A stretch of DNA of 64,000 bases from Mytilus edulis. Its lineage: Eukaryota. The notes under the pieces are model-generated. The model saw nothing but the letters and a program-made list of their open reading frames with translations. It did no database searches and was not told the origin of the DNA. The translations under genes and the position numbers were made by a program. Shown in pieces: positions 1 to 11,750 of the stretch (positions are counted from its first letter, which is position 1; every line of letters starts with the position of its first letter). Location: positions 16,368,001-16,432,000 of the forward strand of contig NC_092353.1 in the NCBI RefSeq assembly GCF_963676685.1. The letters run 5' to 3'.

Positions 1-1459
1 GGGTATATTATTGATATCCTCTGTTAAAATAGTTCACAACTTGTTATAGCGATTTGGAGACTGACATATGGTAAAGACATCCGTCAATTGTTTAAAAACA
101 AATGTTGAATTGTTTTAGATTTCTGTTTTGGGTTTTGTATGGTTTTATTGCTGTGTTATCTAATTACATTAATATTTCATTTTATTGTTAGGTTTACAAG
201 ATGCACGTATGTGTTGCTACTCTTCACAAATGCCGATGAGTACATTAATCATCTATACACAGATGTTTTAAGGCATAAATAATATGCAGTTTCTTTGCGA
301 TCCAAAATATTTACCTTTACGAAATATTATAAAAGTTGAACACAGTAAAGACTTCTAAATCTGTAACTTTTTCACATGTTTAGCTTATTCTATTCTAATT
401 ACCTATGATAAATGTGAACAAAGCCAACGCCACCATGATTTCGTCTTTGATAAAAGTGTCAAGACCTGACAGCTCTCTTTATCTATATTTGTATTCACTG
501 AGCATGTTTCAATTGTATGATTGAGGATTGACCTATTTTGAAATCTCGTACACTTACTTTAGTACTCTTAAAATGGCGTCTTCACATAACAATTCAAGTG
601 CCAAATAACCTTTTCAAGAATCCATTTAGACTTTTTTTCCTTTATTTCGATGTTTGCACCTGCATGTTTCTATTTTGAATTCTATCGCATGTAAGAAACT
701 TATTCTTAGAAAATCTCTGAAAAGAACACCTTATTTCTTGTTACATCACTGATGAAAACTAAGTCGTTTTTTCAATCTTAGAACTTCAACATTTGATAAA
801 AAGATTCGTATGCGCTCGACAATCGAAATAGACACGTGTCTTAAAACAGCTGTAAAAATGGATACACTATACTTCTATCGGGATAAACATTTTGCGGGTA
901 GTTCTTATTTTCTTAGTGTCCATACTTTCTCGTTGTAATAAATCATTTGTTTAAATGTGTGACAAAATATCATAAACTGTTTCGCATATGCAGCTGTAAC
1001 ACATCGTTTATCAGAAAAATGACTAAGACTGTTGAATATTAAATGAAGTCTACTAGCAAAGAAAAAGAAAAACGGTATGTCCTCTTTATTTGCAAATTGT
1101 TTCACTGGGCAGGTTAAAGAGCTTGTATACATGTTGTATAAACATTTGTCAATTTACATTGCACTATAGACGAAGAGTATATGTTAATGAAACAGCACGG
1201 ATAGATACCAAAAGATCGAGACAAAATTATTTTGAGTTTGGTTTTGTAGTCTAGAAGGGTTGGGGTGTCATTAACTAATATATGAATTTGAAAGATTGTC
1301 AGATTTTCAATGGGCTACTACATGACATTGTTCAAATATTTCTAAATTTATTTCTTTTTTGTGTTACTTTCGTGTTTCATTATCTTTTTTTAACAGTGCA
1401 GTGTCTTTTTTTGGACTATTGTTAATCGTTTTCTGTGGCCATGTTATTGTCTTGTGTTC

Positions 1460-1600
1460 CTTCGACTACTTGTTTTGATGGCCATTCGGTATCTTCGACT
1501 GCTTGTTTTGATGGCCATTCTCGGTATCTTCGACTACTTGTTTTGATGGCCATTCTCGGTATCTTCGACTATTAGTTTTGATGGCCATTCACGGTATCTT
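1460..1600 (+). repeat. Tandem repeat, 33-35-bp unit x4 (CTTCGACTACTTGTTTTGATGGCCATTCTCGGTAT)
   Basis: Directly visible head-to-tail copies, no unique spacers. Confidence 0.9.
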
Positions 1601-2412
1601 CATCTTTTCTTTTTACAATTATGAATATTAATTAAGTTATTAAAAATCTTTAAAGATACGTTCAGGTAGCAGAGTTTTGGACGTAACATATTAAATCTCA
1701 TCCAAACGCATTTCATAACGTCTTTAAACGATATTTTCATTATTTACATTGAAATTCGTGAATATTGATTTTAGTTTGAAAAGAAAGAGAGGTGTTATGA
1801 CTAGTGGTGAGGCAACTATCCAACAGAGTCAAAATGTTATGAGTGTATTGAAGACTAGGCCGCATTTAACATCGAAGGTCCTCTCTTTTTCATTGATATA
1901 TAAAGTGTTCATACAGCATTTCAGATATTACTATTAATCAATCGTAATATATGTCAAATCTGTTGAATAATGATAGAACAACAAAGCAAACTTCTAAAGA
2001 TTAGAAAGTCTGACACGTTAGACAAGTATAGCGAAGTACAGATAAAGTTCAAAATTCATTTAAGAGTAATTTGATAAGCCGCAGACTATGTATGGAATTT
2101 CTTTGTTTACACTATTGGTGGTTGGTTAGTATTGCAGAAAAGACTATATTTTTTATTTTTATTGTACACTTACATTATATATACACTCAATGGGTTAAAT
2201 ATACAGTATTCATCCAAAGGGTTAGAAGCTTAATTTTTAATCATCCAGAGATTGTAATACTCTTCGATTTAACATGCAACATCAGAAGCAAGATCCATTT
2301 TAAGGTTAGACATTATCACAAACGAATAACATTGTCTAAACAATTTTTTACATACATATATCGGTTATCTTTGAATTTTTGTATAATTAATCATTATTCT
2401 TTATTTCATTAG

Positions 2413-4842
2413 CTTTCGGTGTAGTACAACCAAAAAATCTGTGTCCTTTAGATTGGGCAGAGTTTAAAGGTGAATGTTTGTTCTTCGCTAAAGATGGCAG
2501 AAGCTGGATCGATGCTCAGGTAATGATACAAATATCAATAATAAATGTTTGACTTTTTAATATAAGCAAAGTGCAAACAACTTACACTTCTGTCAACCTA
2601 TCATATCACTTGATACCCATGCTGGTATCACCATTCACGTATCTTTTAATGCTTAAGTATTGGTTTGCTTTTACATTGATGCGGAAATTTGTTTCCCAGA
2701 CATTATAACTGATTCTCAAACATTAATTAAGTTTTCAATGTTTTATTCTGAAAGCAACAATTTCAATTTATACACAGATGTTCCTTAAGCATGTTTAGTT
2801 TTTGAAATAAACATTCCAATAAACAAAATTCACGTTGATGTCTGTCAATTTCATATGGCACTAGACTCATATTTGATCACAATGTATTTTGCGACAGTAT
2901 TTATTATTGTAATTTATTTCTAATAGAGAGATTGCAGAAGCAGAGGAGCATACTTGGCATCAGATGACAATCCTGACAAACATAACTTCATGCGACAAGT
3001 GATGAGTGCCCTTAAAAGTAAGACTGAAAAAATCATCTGTAAAACATTCAATTAAAACCAACCTTTATGTCAACCTAATACCATATTGTTTTGCGTGGGA
3101 GTTCATTGTGTTCAAGCCGTTTGTTTTCTTAACACATTGTTGGTTATATAATTGAATTTTATGCTACTGTGATACACGTGAGAGGTTTTGCTAGCTATTA
3201 AATCAGGTTTAATCCACGATTTTCCACACAGTCAGGAATACGACAGTTGTTATCAATTCGTTTGCTGTGTTTGAGAGTTTGATTTTGTCATTATGTTGCT
3301 TATAATATGCTTTCAGAATTTTCTTCAGTATTTTTATCACTATATTTTTGGTAGAAAGCAAAAGTATAACAAACAAGAAATAGATGAAACTACATTTATA
3401 CAAATACAGATAGAAAGGGGAAATCCGTTTACGCATTCACTCTGTACCTACCATATCGGTTAGAGAGAACAAAATCTATCGATGCTAAAAAATCTCAACA
3501 ATTCATTTATAGAATACCGAAAAAAAAATACCAATTGAAAATAAGAGATGGAGGGAATTGCTTAAATTTAAAAGGAATTATATACGGCATTCATAATTCC
3601 ATTATTTAGCTTAAATTTGTCTTTTGTTCAAATTATTTCCAATTTGAAAACATTATACTCATCTTATTGTAACAGGTTATTCTATCCATGTGTTGGTAAA
3701 CCTTAGCTTATTATACTTAAATCTTTCAGTTCTGATTGCTTTGTTTGATATAATGTTGGTGTATTGTTGGGTGGTTTTTTTTAAGAAGAATCGGATTATT
3801 TGACCATCCCCTCTGGTATCTTTCGTCCCTCTTTTAAAGATTTTGACAACATAGAACGGGATGAATAATTCTCAAATATTCAACAAAATGTATAAAAAAA
3901 ATTGCTACATATGATTTTATTAATATCCTTTAAAAAAGGCTTTTTTCTCCGATAGCTTTTAACATAGATGGATTTTATTTGGGTTCCGATGATTTTGCCT
4001 TTGAGGGTACATGGAGATGGATGGAAACTGGCTTCCCAGTCTCGTCCTTTACTGCATGGGGCTCAGGCATGCCTCAAGGCGAGGACGGCCATAATTGTAT
4101 GAAATTTAGCTGGGAGAATAACGAAGCTGTTTGGGTTGACGAGGATTGTAATCAACGACGTCATTATATATGCGAAAAACAGTAAGTTCGGATTTTGATA
4201 AGCATTAAAATCGAGAATGGAAACGGGGAATGTGTCAAAGAGACAACAACCCGAACGAAGAGCAGAAAACAGCCGAAGGTCATTAAAGGGTAATTAATTC
4301 AGCGAAAAAATCCCGCACCCGAAGGCGTGCTTTAGTTGGCCTCTAAACAAAAATATGTACTAGTTTAGTGATAATGGACTCCGAAATATATACATAAACT
4401 AAAATTATAAAACTACAAGACTAATAAAATAAAGGCCACAGGCTACTGGCTTGGATTTTTAAGTATTGTTTATTTCACAGTTTATACAACTTCTCGTGAA
4501 AAGTTGACATCAGATTAAATTAGATATTCTTTTATGTCCCTTTTGATCATTTGGCTCCTAACGTTGCTTCGTATTTTTACATTTAGGTTTGAGCGTTCCT
4601 GATAAGGTAAAGCAAGAACACCCATAGCTTTCAAATGTTTGGATATGAGCATTCTGATGCGTTACTACTTCTCTGTTAATGTAATGCTACCTCACAGAAA
4701 TTGGGGGATCACAAAAACAAATCGACTGATATGTATCAAACATTATTTAACACAATAATTTTTATATCTCAAACTAAAATGCAGTTATTTATATTTCAGA
4801 GCAATTGATTTTAGAAATAACACACAGATCATTGGTAGATAG
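2413..4842 (+). CDS. C-type lectin 1 (perlucin-like), 5'-partial; signal-peptide exon not found in window
   Basis: GT-AG exons 2413-2519, 2927-3017, 3956-4181, 4800-4842 join in frame: ..CPLDWAEFKGECLFFAKDGRSWIDAQ/RDCRSRGAYLASDDNPDKHNF../..FYLGSDDFAFEGTWRWMETG..WGSGMPQGEDGHNC..WVDEDCNQRRHYICEK/QAIDFRNNTQIIGR*. Six CTLD cysteines. AATAAA at 4871. Confidence 0.9.
4205..4455 (+). repeat. Dispersed repeat family C (GAGAATGGAAACGGGGAATGTGTCAAAGAGACAACAACCCG...)
   Basis: Related copies at about 30590-30640, 49310-49420 (-), 50528-50765, 55045-55203 (-). Confidence 0.8.
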
Positions 4843-5431
4843 AAGTACAGAGCCGTGATCTTACGTTTTCAATAAATTATGTGTTTGGCATGGTATTAAT
4901 ATGTTTAATTTATTTACTGAATGATTGTTAGTTACTTACAGACCAGTGGAAACTATAACATGATTTTCAGAAAAAGAAAACCTTAAAAAAATATGACACA
5001 AGGATTAAACGTGCAAAGGAGAGACTGTAACTCGAAAGGGTCAATACTGTGCAATATCAGGAATTAAACCTTCCTACAACTTACAACTTGTCGCTTGATT
5101 AAGATCTTTAACGGGCAAATAGGTGCAATTCTCTTCATATATGACTGGTTTTCTCTGAATGTGTTTTTCGTATATTTATCACCCCAAACACGTATTTTAA
5201 AATCGCTTAGTTACTCTTTCACTGACGTATAACCAGCATTTGTCGTACATAGTTTCTGATTCACTTATAAATGGATGTAATAATTTTATCATGATTTTGA
5301 AAAGATGACAACAATCAGCTTATATGTGTACATGTAGTCACATCATTATGATTTATAGTCTATGTGCAAGATTTCGCCACCATCAATCATGCCTTTTATT
5401 TTTTTAAATATATATTACATCCAAATAGTTT

Positions 5432-7882
5432 GGATGTATACAACTCCAGCATAGTATTTTTTTATTTTTTATTCTTGGTGTCATGTAAACTAACAGATAT
5501 TGGAATACGTTTTGTGTTTTTAATACGTTTAAGTAAAAACTAATGATTCAACTATCAATAAATGATATATGACAGTTGCAAAATGTACTTTTCCCAACCA
5601 GCAACAAAATCTAGAACAAATTCTAAACACTTACAAAGAAAAACCTTTATAATTATAATCATTGCTATAATCATTATCATGATTTTATTATTTCATTATT
5701 ATGAAGGCAATTATATTCAATTTCTCTTTTCACTGTACTAGCAAGCCTTATCGTCTGTAAATAAACGTAAAGTCTGGTATGATAAAAATCCTTACAAGTA
5801 TAGTTAATTATTGTCTGCATACGGTCCAGAACCTTTCATTTTAAGTTCAGATTTCGTTAGGTATTGTTCAGACCTTGTCGAGGAGGGTTCAGAATTAAAA
5901 GAAGAAAGTCAGATTTCGTTGAGTAGGGTCATACCTGTTCAAAAATTGTTACAATTGGTCCAAAAGGCTCCAGCATTGGTCGAGTAGGAACAGTACTTAG
6001 TTGAATAAGGTTCGAGTATAGGCAAAGGCGAGGAGGATGATTCCGCTTTATGAAGTATTGTTCATACTCAGTCGAGAGTGGTTCAGGTGATCGATGAGTG
6101 TTTAAAGATCGGGAAGGGTTAAGAATGAACTTGTACATGCCTGAATCTATTGATCAATATTCATACAAAGGATAGATCATTACCACTTTTAACATTTCAA
6201 ATTAAAGACAGATGTATATGATGATACCAAGCACTTTATTTTTTGTGACATATTCAAACAACACATAAAAGAGGGAAGAAAGATACCAAAGGGACAGTCA
6301 AACTCATAAATCGAAAATAAACTAACAACGCCATGGCTAAAAATGAAAAAGACAAACAGACAAACAATACTACACATGACACAACATAGAAAACTAAAGA
6401 AAAAACAACACGAACCCCACCAAAAACTAGGGGTGATCTCAGGTGCTCCGGAAGAGTAAGCAGATCCTACTCCACATGTGGCACCCGTCGTGTTGCTTAT
6501 GTGATAACAAATCCGGTAAATAGTCTAATTCGGTAGGTCACATTCATGAAAGGGAAGGGGATTGTAGTAACGACGTAAGGAACATATCCGACATCATTTG
6601 TGAAACGGTTATTCCATAACGGTCAACCAACTCGTGATGGCGTCCGTAAAATTTACGAAGGGATGATTTCAACTTCACCATTTGGAACTCTTGGTTTTAT
6701 AGCTTCCTTGTGAGCAGCAACCCTCTATCAAGAAAATCATGATAGGAAATACAAGCACGGGAATATCGTATCAATTGGGAAATATATACCCCGTATGCAG
6801 GTGCTGCTGGAATGTTGCTACTTAGAAATGGAAAGTTCACAATTGAAAAGCTGAAATCATCTCTTTTGTCGTAAAGTTTTGTTTTCTACCGACCCTCCTT
6901 GTCAATTTCTAGATGTAGGTCAAGATGTGAGGCCGACTTAACTGTATCTGTAGTATCCTTTATCTATATAATAAATTAGAAATCAAGAAATGGATGTTGC
7001 CTCTGATATTATATTATATATACATGTACGTGACTCCTTTTTGTGTTATCTATCGAAAGAAGCATAAACGATTATAATCATATTATCCAATATAAATGGT
7101 AGCTACGTAAGGTATAATAATCTCGCATCAACTGATTGGTTTTTGTGGCTAATTCGTCCTACTATAAAACGATAATAGCCAAGATTGGCTTCATGGAATG
7201 ATATTTGAAATGCAAGTTGCAATATATTGAACTAACGCATATTTTTGTGTTTATTCAACTCATAGTTGCCATCATTGTTATTCTTACTTGTAGTTCCCTA
7301 TTCAACCAAGTATTAGTCTTACTTGACCAAGTCTGATGCCTATTTGAACAATTTTGAACCTTTTTTGAAAATGTATGAACCCTACTCAACCAAGTCTCGA
7401 CCTTCTTCTATAAACGATGAACCCTCCTATACAAGGTCTGGACAATACTTAACGAATTCTGAACTTTAATTAACAGATTCTGGACCGTATGCAAACAATA
7501 ATGAACTATACTTATAACACTTTTGTTCATGCCAGATTATAATTTTGATTTTGCAATTGTCGACAGGCTTTGCAGGTGCAGTGAAAAGAAAATTGAGTAT
7601 ATTTGCGTTCATGATAATTAAATAATCAAACCATGCTGATGATTATAGCAATACTTAAAATAAATGTTTATTCTTTTTTAAGTGTTTATAGAATTTGTCC
7701 TAGATGTTGCTGATTGGAAGAAGTAATTGTCATATATCATTTATTGAAAGTTGAATAATTAGTTTTCACTTAAACGTATAATACGTATATTTATAAAAAC
7801 ACAAAACTTATTCAAACAATATTTAGTTTACACGACACCAAGAAGAAAAAAGAAAAATATTAAACTGGAGTTGTATACGTCC
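5432..7882. mobile_element. Foldback-like element with diverged inverted arms of about 600 bp
   Basis: 5432-~6070 is the reverse complement of ~7300-7882 (e.g. GGATGTATACAACTCCAG / CTGGAGTTGTATACGTCC; TGCATACGGTCCAGAA / TTCTGGACCGTATGCA). Confidence 0.8.
6266..6965 (-). mobile_element. Penelope-like retroelement 3' fragment (RT C-terminus plus 3' UTR), inactive
   Basis: Minus-strand translation SASHLDLHLEIDKEGR*KTKLYDKRDDFSFSIVNFPFLSSNIPAAPAYGVYISQLIRYSRAC..LLLTRKL*NQEF..KFYGRHHELV, typical of PLE reverse transcriptases; two stops. Confidence 0.85.
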
Positions 7883-9721
7883 TTTTTAATGAATTTGTTT
7901 CACAAACCACACCTCTTTTGGGGAGATGTATAATATTCATAGATGTTTTGTATAGTTTACCCACTGGTTCCCAGATATGATCTTTATGTTACCGGTTTAA
8001 ATACACATATATAATGGCAAAATTGAATTCTGATTGAGACCCAAAGTGAATTGAAGTGTACTACAGGATTAAAGAATCAGTTTTAACTCTTAAACGCTCG
8101 TGCAAATTGTTTTTAATATAAGTCCCACAGCCCTATAGTTTAACATTTTTAAACAATAGTATTACATATGAGTTTTCTATTCTAGGATATTCCTTTTACG
8201 AAACTTCAAATTAAAGTGGCATAGTTGAATTCATAATCGGAATTTATATGGGAAAATGCATTGTTTATATTTACAGACGTCCTACATATTTACATTCGAT
8301 TTAATGATAGATTAATTACATCAAACCACATCGACTTCTTTTGAAAAAAACACATGCCATCAATATAAATCAACAAATTACACGCGAAATAATGCATCAG
8401 ATAGCATTTTTTTTTTAAGTATTAGTTATTTCAAAAATTCAAATAATCCAAACAAGGAGTGACACATGTAAACATCGTTTGCACGCTACAACTCACTTGT
8501 TTTCTAGTTCTAGACCAAATATTGAATTATTTCTAATCACAGGGGATGAGTAATATGTACCGAAAAGTTTCACGCTCAGCGTATATAATATTAGTGCTGC
8601 CAAACGAAAAGATTCGGAAATCGCTTTCACATGTTACACTTAACAACCTACGATTCTTAAGTGCTAGACCATATATTTAAAGCTTTCCATATCAGATACA
8701 AAAAATGAATAGTGCGTAACGAGTGCAGTTTACAATCCAATCTATTTTCATGAACAAACAAGAAAAACAAAAAAAATCACACATCAACTTAATCGCTTCC
8801 AACATTTTCACCATTTTCTTTTAGTTTAACTACTGTTTTTCTCCTAGGCAATGGAAAACAAATGTGACCCAAAAAACCTAGGTATTTTCATAAATATGCA
8901 TCTCAAAAACACATTTGCCAAATCAATTTCAATTTTTGAAACTTTAAATACAATTTACATAATGTTTAAAATAATGTGTTTTCCTGTAGAAAAAAACAAT
9001 TACTTAATACTTGGTTCACTACGTTTTTTATCAATTTTCTTTAAATCGGTCTGTCTAAAAAAGATTTCATCCATGAACATGCAACTATTTTGAACTTTAG
9101 CATCAAATATCCTTCATGTATCATTATCATTTCGATTAAAGTATGAATAACCATTTCTCTATCATATTTATGTGCCGCTCCCATACACACATCTATATAT
9201 GTATATAATTCTATATATCGACTAAAATCGAAAAATTATTAAATATTTCCTCTTCCTTGGACTATACAAAACTTGCCTAAAGTTTACAACTTATTCAGTA
9301 TAACAATTATTTCCGAAATACTGTAGCATAATGATGCATTATGAAAACGACTTCGGTAGTGTTCAACTTACAAAAAAATGCAGGAATAAAACGGACACAA
9401 GTTCAATGAAAGCAAATTAATCAATTGAACCAGAAGCACATTATTACTCTGAGATAGAAACAAACAATGAAGAAAAACTGGAATTGCCTGTTAGAGGAGA
9501 CCAGAAGTGTTACTTCATTTCTAGCAATAGAAAGAAAGTTGCTCTGGTTGTGACTAGTAGTATAGTTATCTCCATAATATCAGTTGTTTGGTTGTTTAGT
9601 CACAGTACAAAGGACAACAAAGGTATAAATTATTATTTAAAAATTAACGGTTTAATATTTTGTTAAGCGTATGAAGAGTCACATAGCATATTTGTTGTAT
9701 TTGATTAACTATCATACTTAA

Positions 9722-10242
9722 AGTCATATGAAAACTCAAATTTAAAAAATGAGGCATATGTTTTTATTACAAAATGGATAGTTGTCTTCATAAACTTTTT
9801 TTGAAGAAAATTATTGAATTTGTCAACATTTTGAAGAAGTTTACTTTTTCTAATTGCTTGCTTCCAGGAAGCAAATCGCCGACATATGTTCCGTATTCAA
9901 AGTGACCTTAGCGTGACTCTCTCGTAAAGATCCGGTGATCGCAATACGCATGAATCTGTCACTGAAAAAAAACTTTTATCTGATTGTACATGTTATACAC
10001 GTGTTCATTATCCATGCTTCTTTGTTTGTTGTTTACTATAAGGTGACAATCGGCAAACTACGGCTTAAAAATATTTGTTCACTTCATAACAGACAAAGAG
10101 GGGAAAATGACGATTATACGATATTTTTGCATAAAAAAAATGATAAAAACGTGCACAGAAGAATAAGTTTATGATATACACACACATTGGTTCAATAGTT
10201 GGATAAACATTTTTGTTAACCAGTCACTCGTTTCATATGACT
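9722..10242. mobile_element. MITE with short TIRs, Kolobok-like (TTAA target)
   Basis: TTAA|AGTCATATGAAA ... TTTCATATGACT|TCAA (right TSD has one mismatch). Confidence 0.6.
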
Positions 10243-11234
10243 TCAAACATCTTATCCAACATATGTTTATTACCACCTGGTGAAATAATCTTTTTCCTGA
10301 ATTCCAGATTGCTTATATATAAGCATCCTTAAATATATTGAAAAGATTGACCACGTTGACCAAAATACATTTTGTAATGAAGCGCGGGAGCACTTCATTC
10401 CAAACATTTTTTCGCACGGTCAACGCTTTAAAGCCTTATAAAATTGCTAAACGAAGCAAGCAATGCTTATAATTACATGTTATGCTAGGTTCATGAAACG
10501 ATTACTACTGGGTTTTTTTTCTTTTATTTATATGTGCACTTTATTGTGGACGCTCGTGTCATCATGATCGATACATTTCTTTTTAAATTGTAGATTACAT
10601 TCAGTATACCGCGATATTGTTGTTAGCCAAATAACGTATAATGACTTAACATACATGCAATGTTATTATTTATCACTTATGGCGGAGTCATTTTACTGTG
10701 CGCAACTATTTTCAGAAAGTTTATTTATCATATTCAACAACTCAATGCTTGTCGATTTATAGACCTCAGCCAATACCACGTTTACATGTTTTTGTAATTT
10801 AATTTAGGGACAGATTCTCTCAAACACACAACGTTTGCACCCAATACAACGCTCGACGTTGACTGTGTAAACAAAACGAAACAGATCAACTGCAGGGACT
10901 GTTCAAACTTTCAGGTACATGTTATGTAATTGGTATGACATATCTCGATCGATAAAACTTGATTATGTAAGGTGTTATTATGGCTATACCACCATTACTT
11001 TTAATCCAAAGAAAAAGTGTCTAAAATATATACTAATATTAAGTTCTAAAACGGTCATATTAAATTGCATGATCGCTAGAAAGTCTGGTTTTTAGCTTAC
11101 TGATTCGATTCGGATCCAAAAATGTTTTATGTTGTCTAGACATTTAATACCCCATCTCCTTATTAATATTTTTAAATACGGTAAAATCAGATTATAGGAA
11201 ATATCTCTCCTTTCTCATTCATGACATAATAGAA

Positions 11235-11750
11235 AAAATAAACGACAAAGAAAGGCAATTTATCCAAACACTACAGAAAGACTAAGCAGTAAAAACCCAA
11301 GATAAAAACCATGGGGATATCATTTGATCCATATGGGTAAATATACCCCGCTACATACGAGACACCCAGTAATTACATATTCGTTGATATAAGTCTCATT
11401 CCGTGATGTCATAATCAAGGCAAAAAGACAGGAAAACGTCTAGAACAATGGGGACATATCCGTAGTCGTCTAGGACAAGATAAACAACAACGTTCGACCA
11501 TCGCAACATAGCGGTCGTGAAACTTACAAAGGGAACACTTCAACTTGATTAATAATTATAATGGTTAAATGGCTTCTTTTCAAGCAGCAATGCTGTTTTA
11601 ATGTAATCCTGTTAGAGAAGGAAAGCCCATAATATCGTATCAACTGAAAGATGTATACTTCAAGCGCTGTTAGAATATTGCTATGATATAGAAATGTAAT
11701 TTTAACAATTAAAAAACTGAAATTATCTTTTTCGTTATAGAGTCTTGTTT
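11235..11750 (-). mobile_element. Older, degenerate copy of the same Penelope-like 3' end
   Basis: Colinear similarity to 6330-6890 (e.g. AATATCGTATCAACTG, CTGAAATTATCTTTTTCGTTATAGAGT, AGCAGCAA). Confidence 0.55.

Noticed and set aside
1460-1600. 33-35-bp repeats as CRISPR
   Set aside because: Head-to-tail with no spacers; lies in a retroelement-like 3' remnant.
905-2412. Short ORFs in the track (here and most other 60-110 aa ORFs)
   Set aside because: Low-complexity AT-rich translations, often TTG/GTG starts, in introns or repeats, with no recognisable motifs.
1-2412. Signal-peptide exon of lectin 1
   Set aside because: No ATG-hydrophobic-phase-1 GTAAG exon like those of lectins 2-4 was found; probably upstream of the window.
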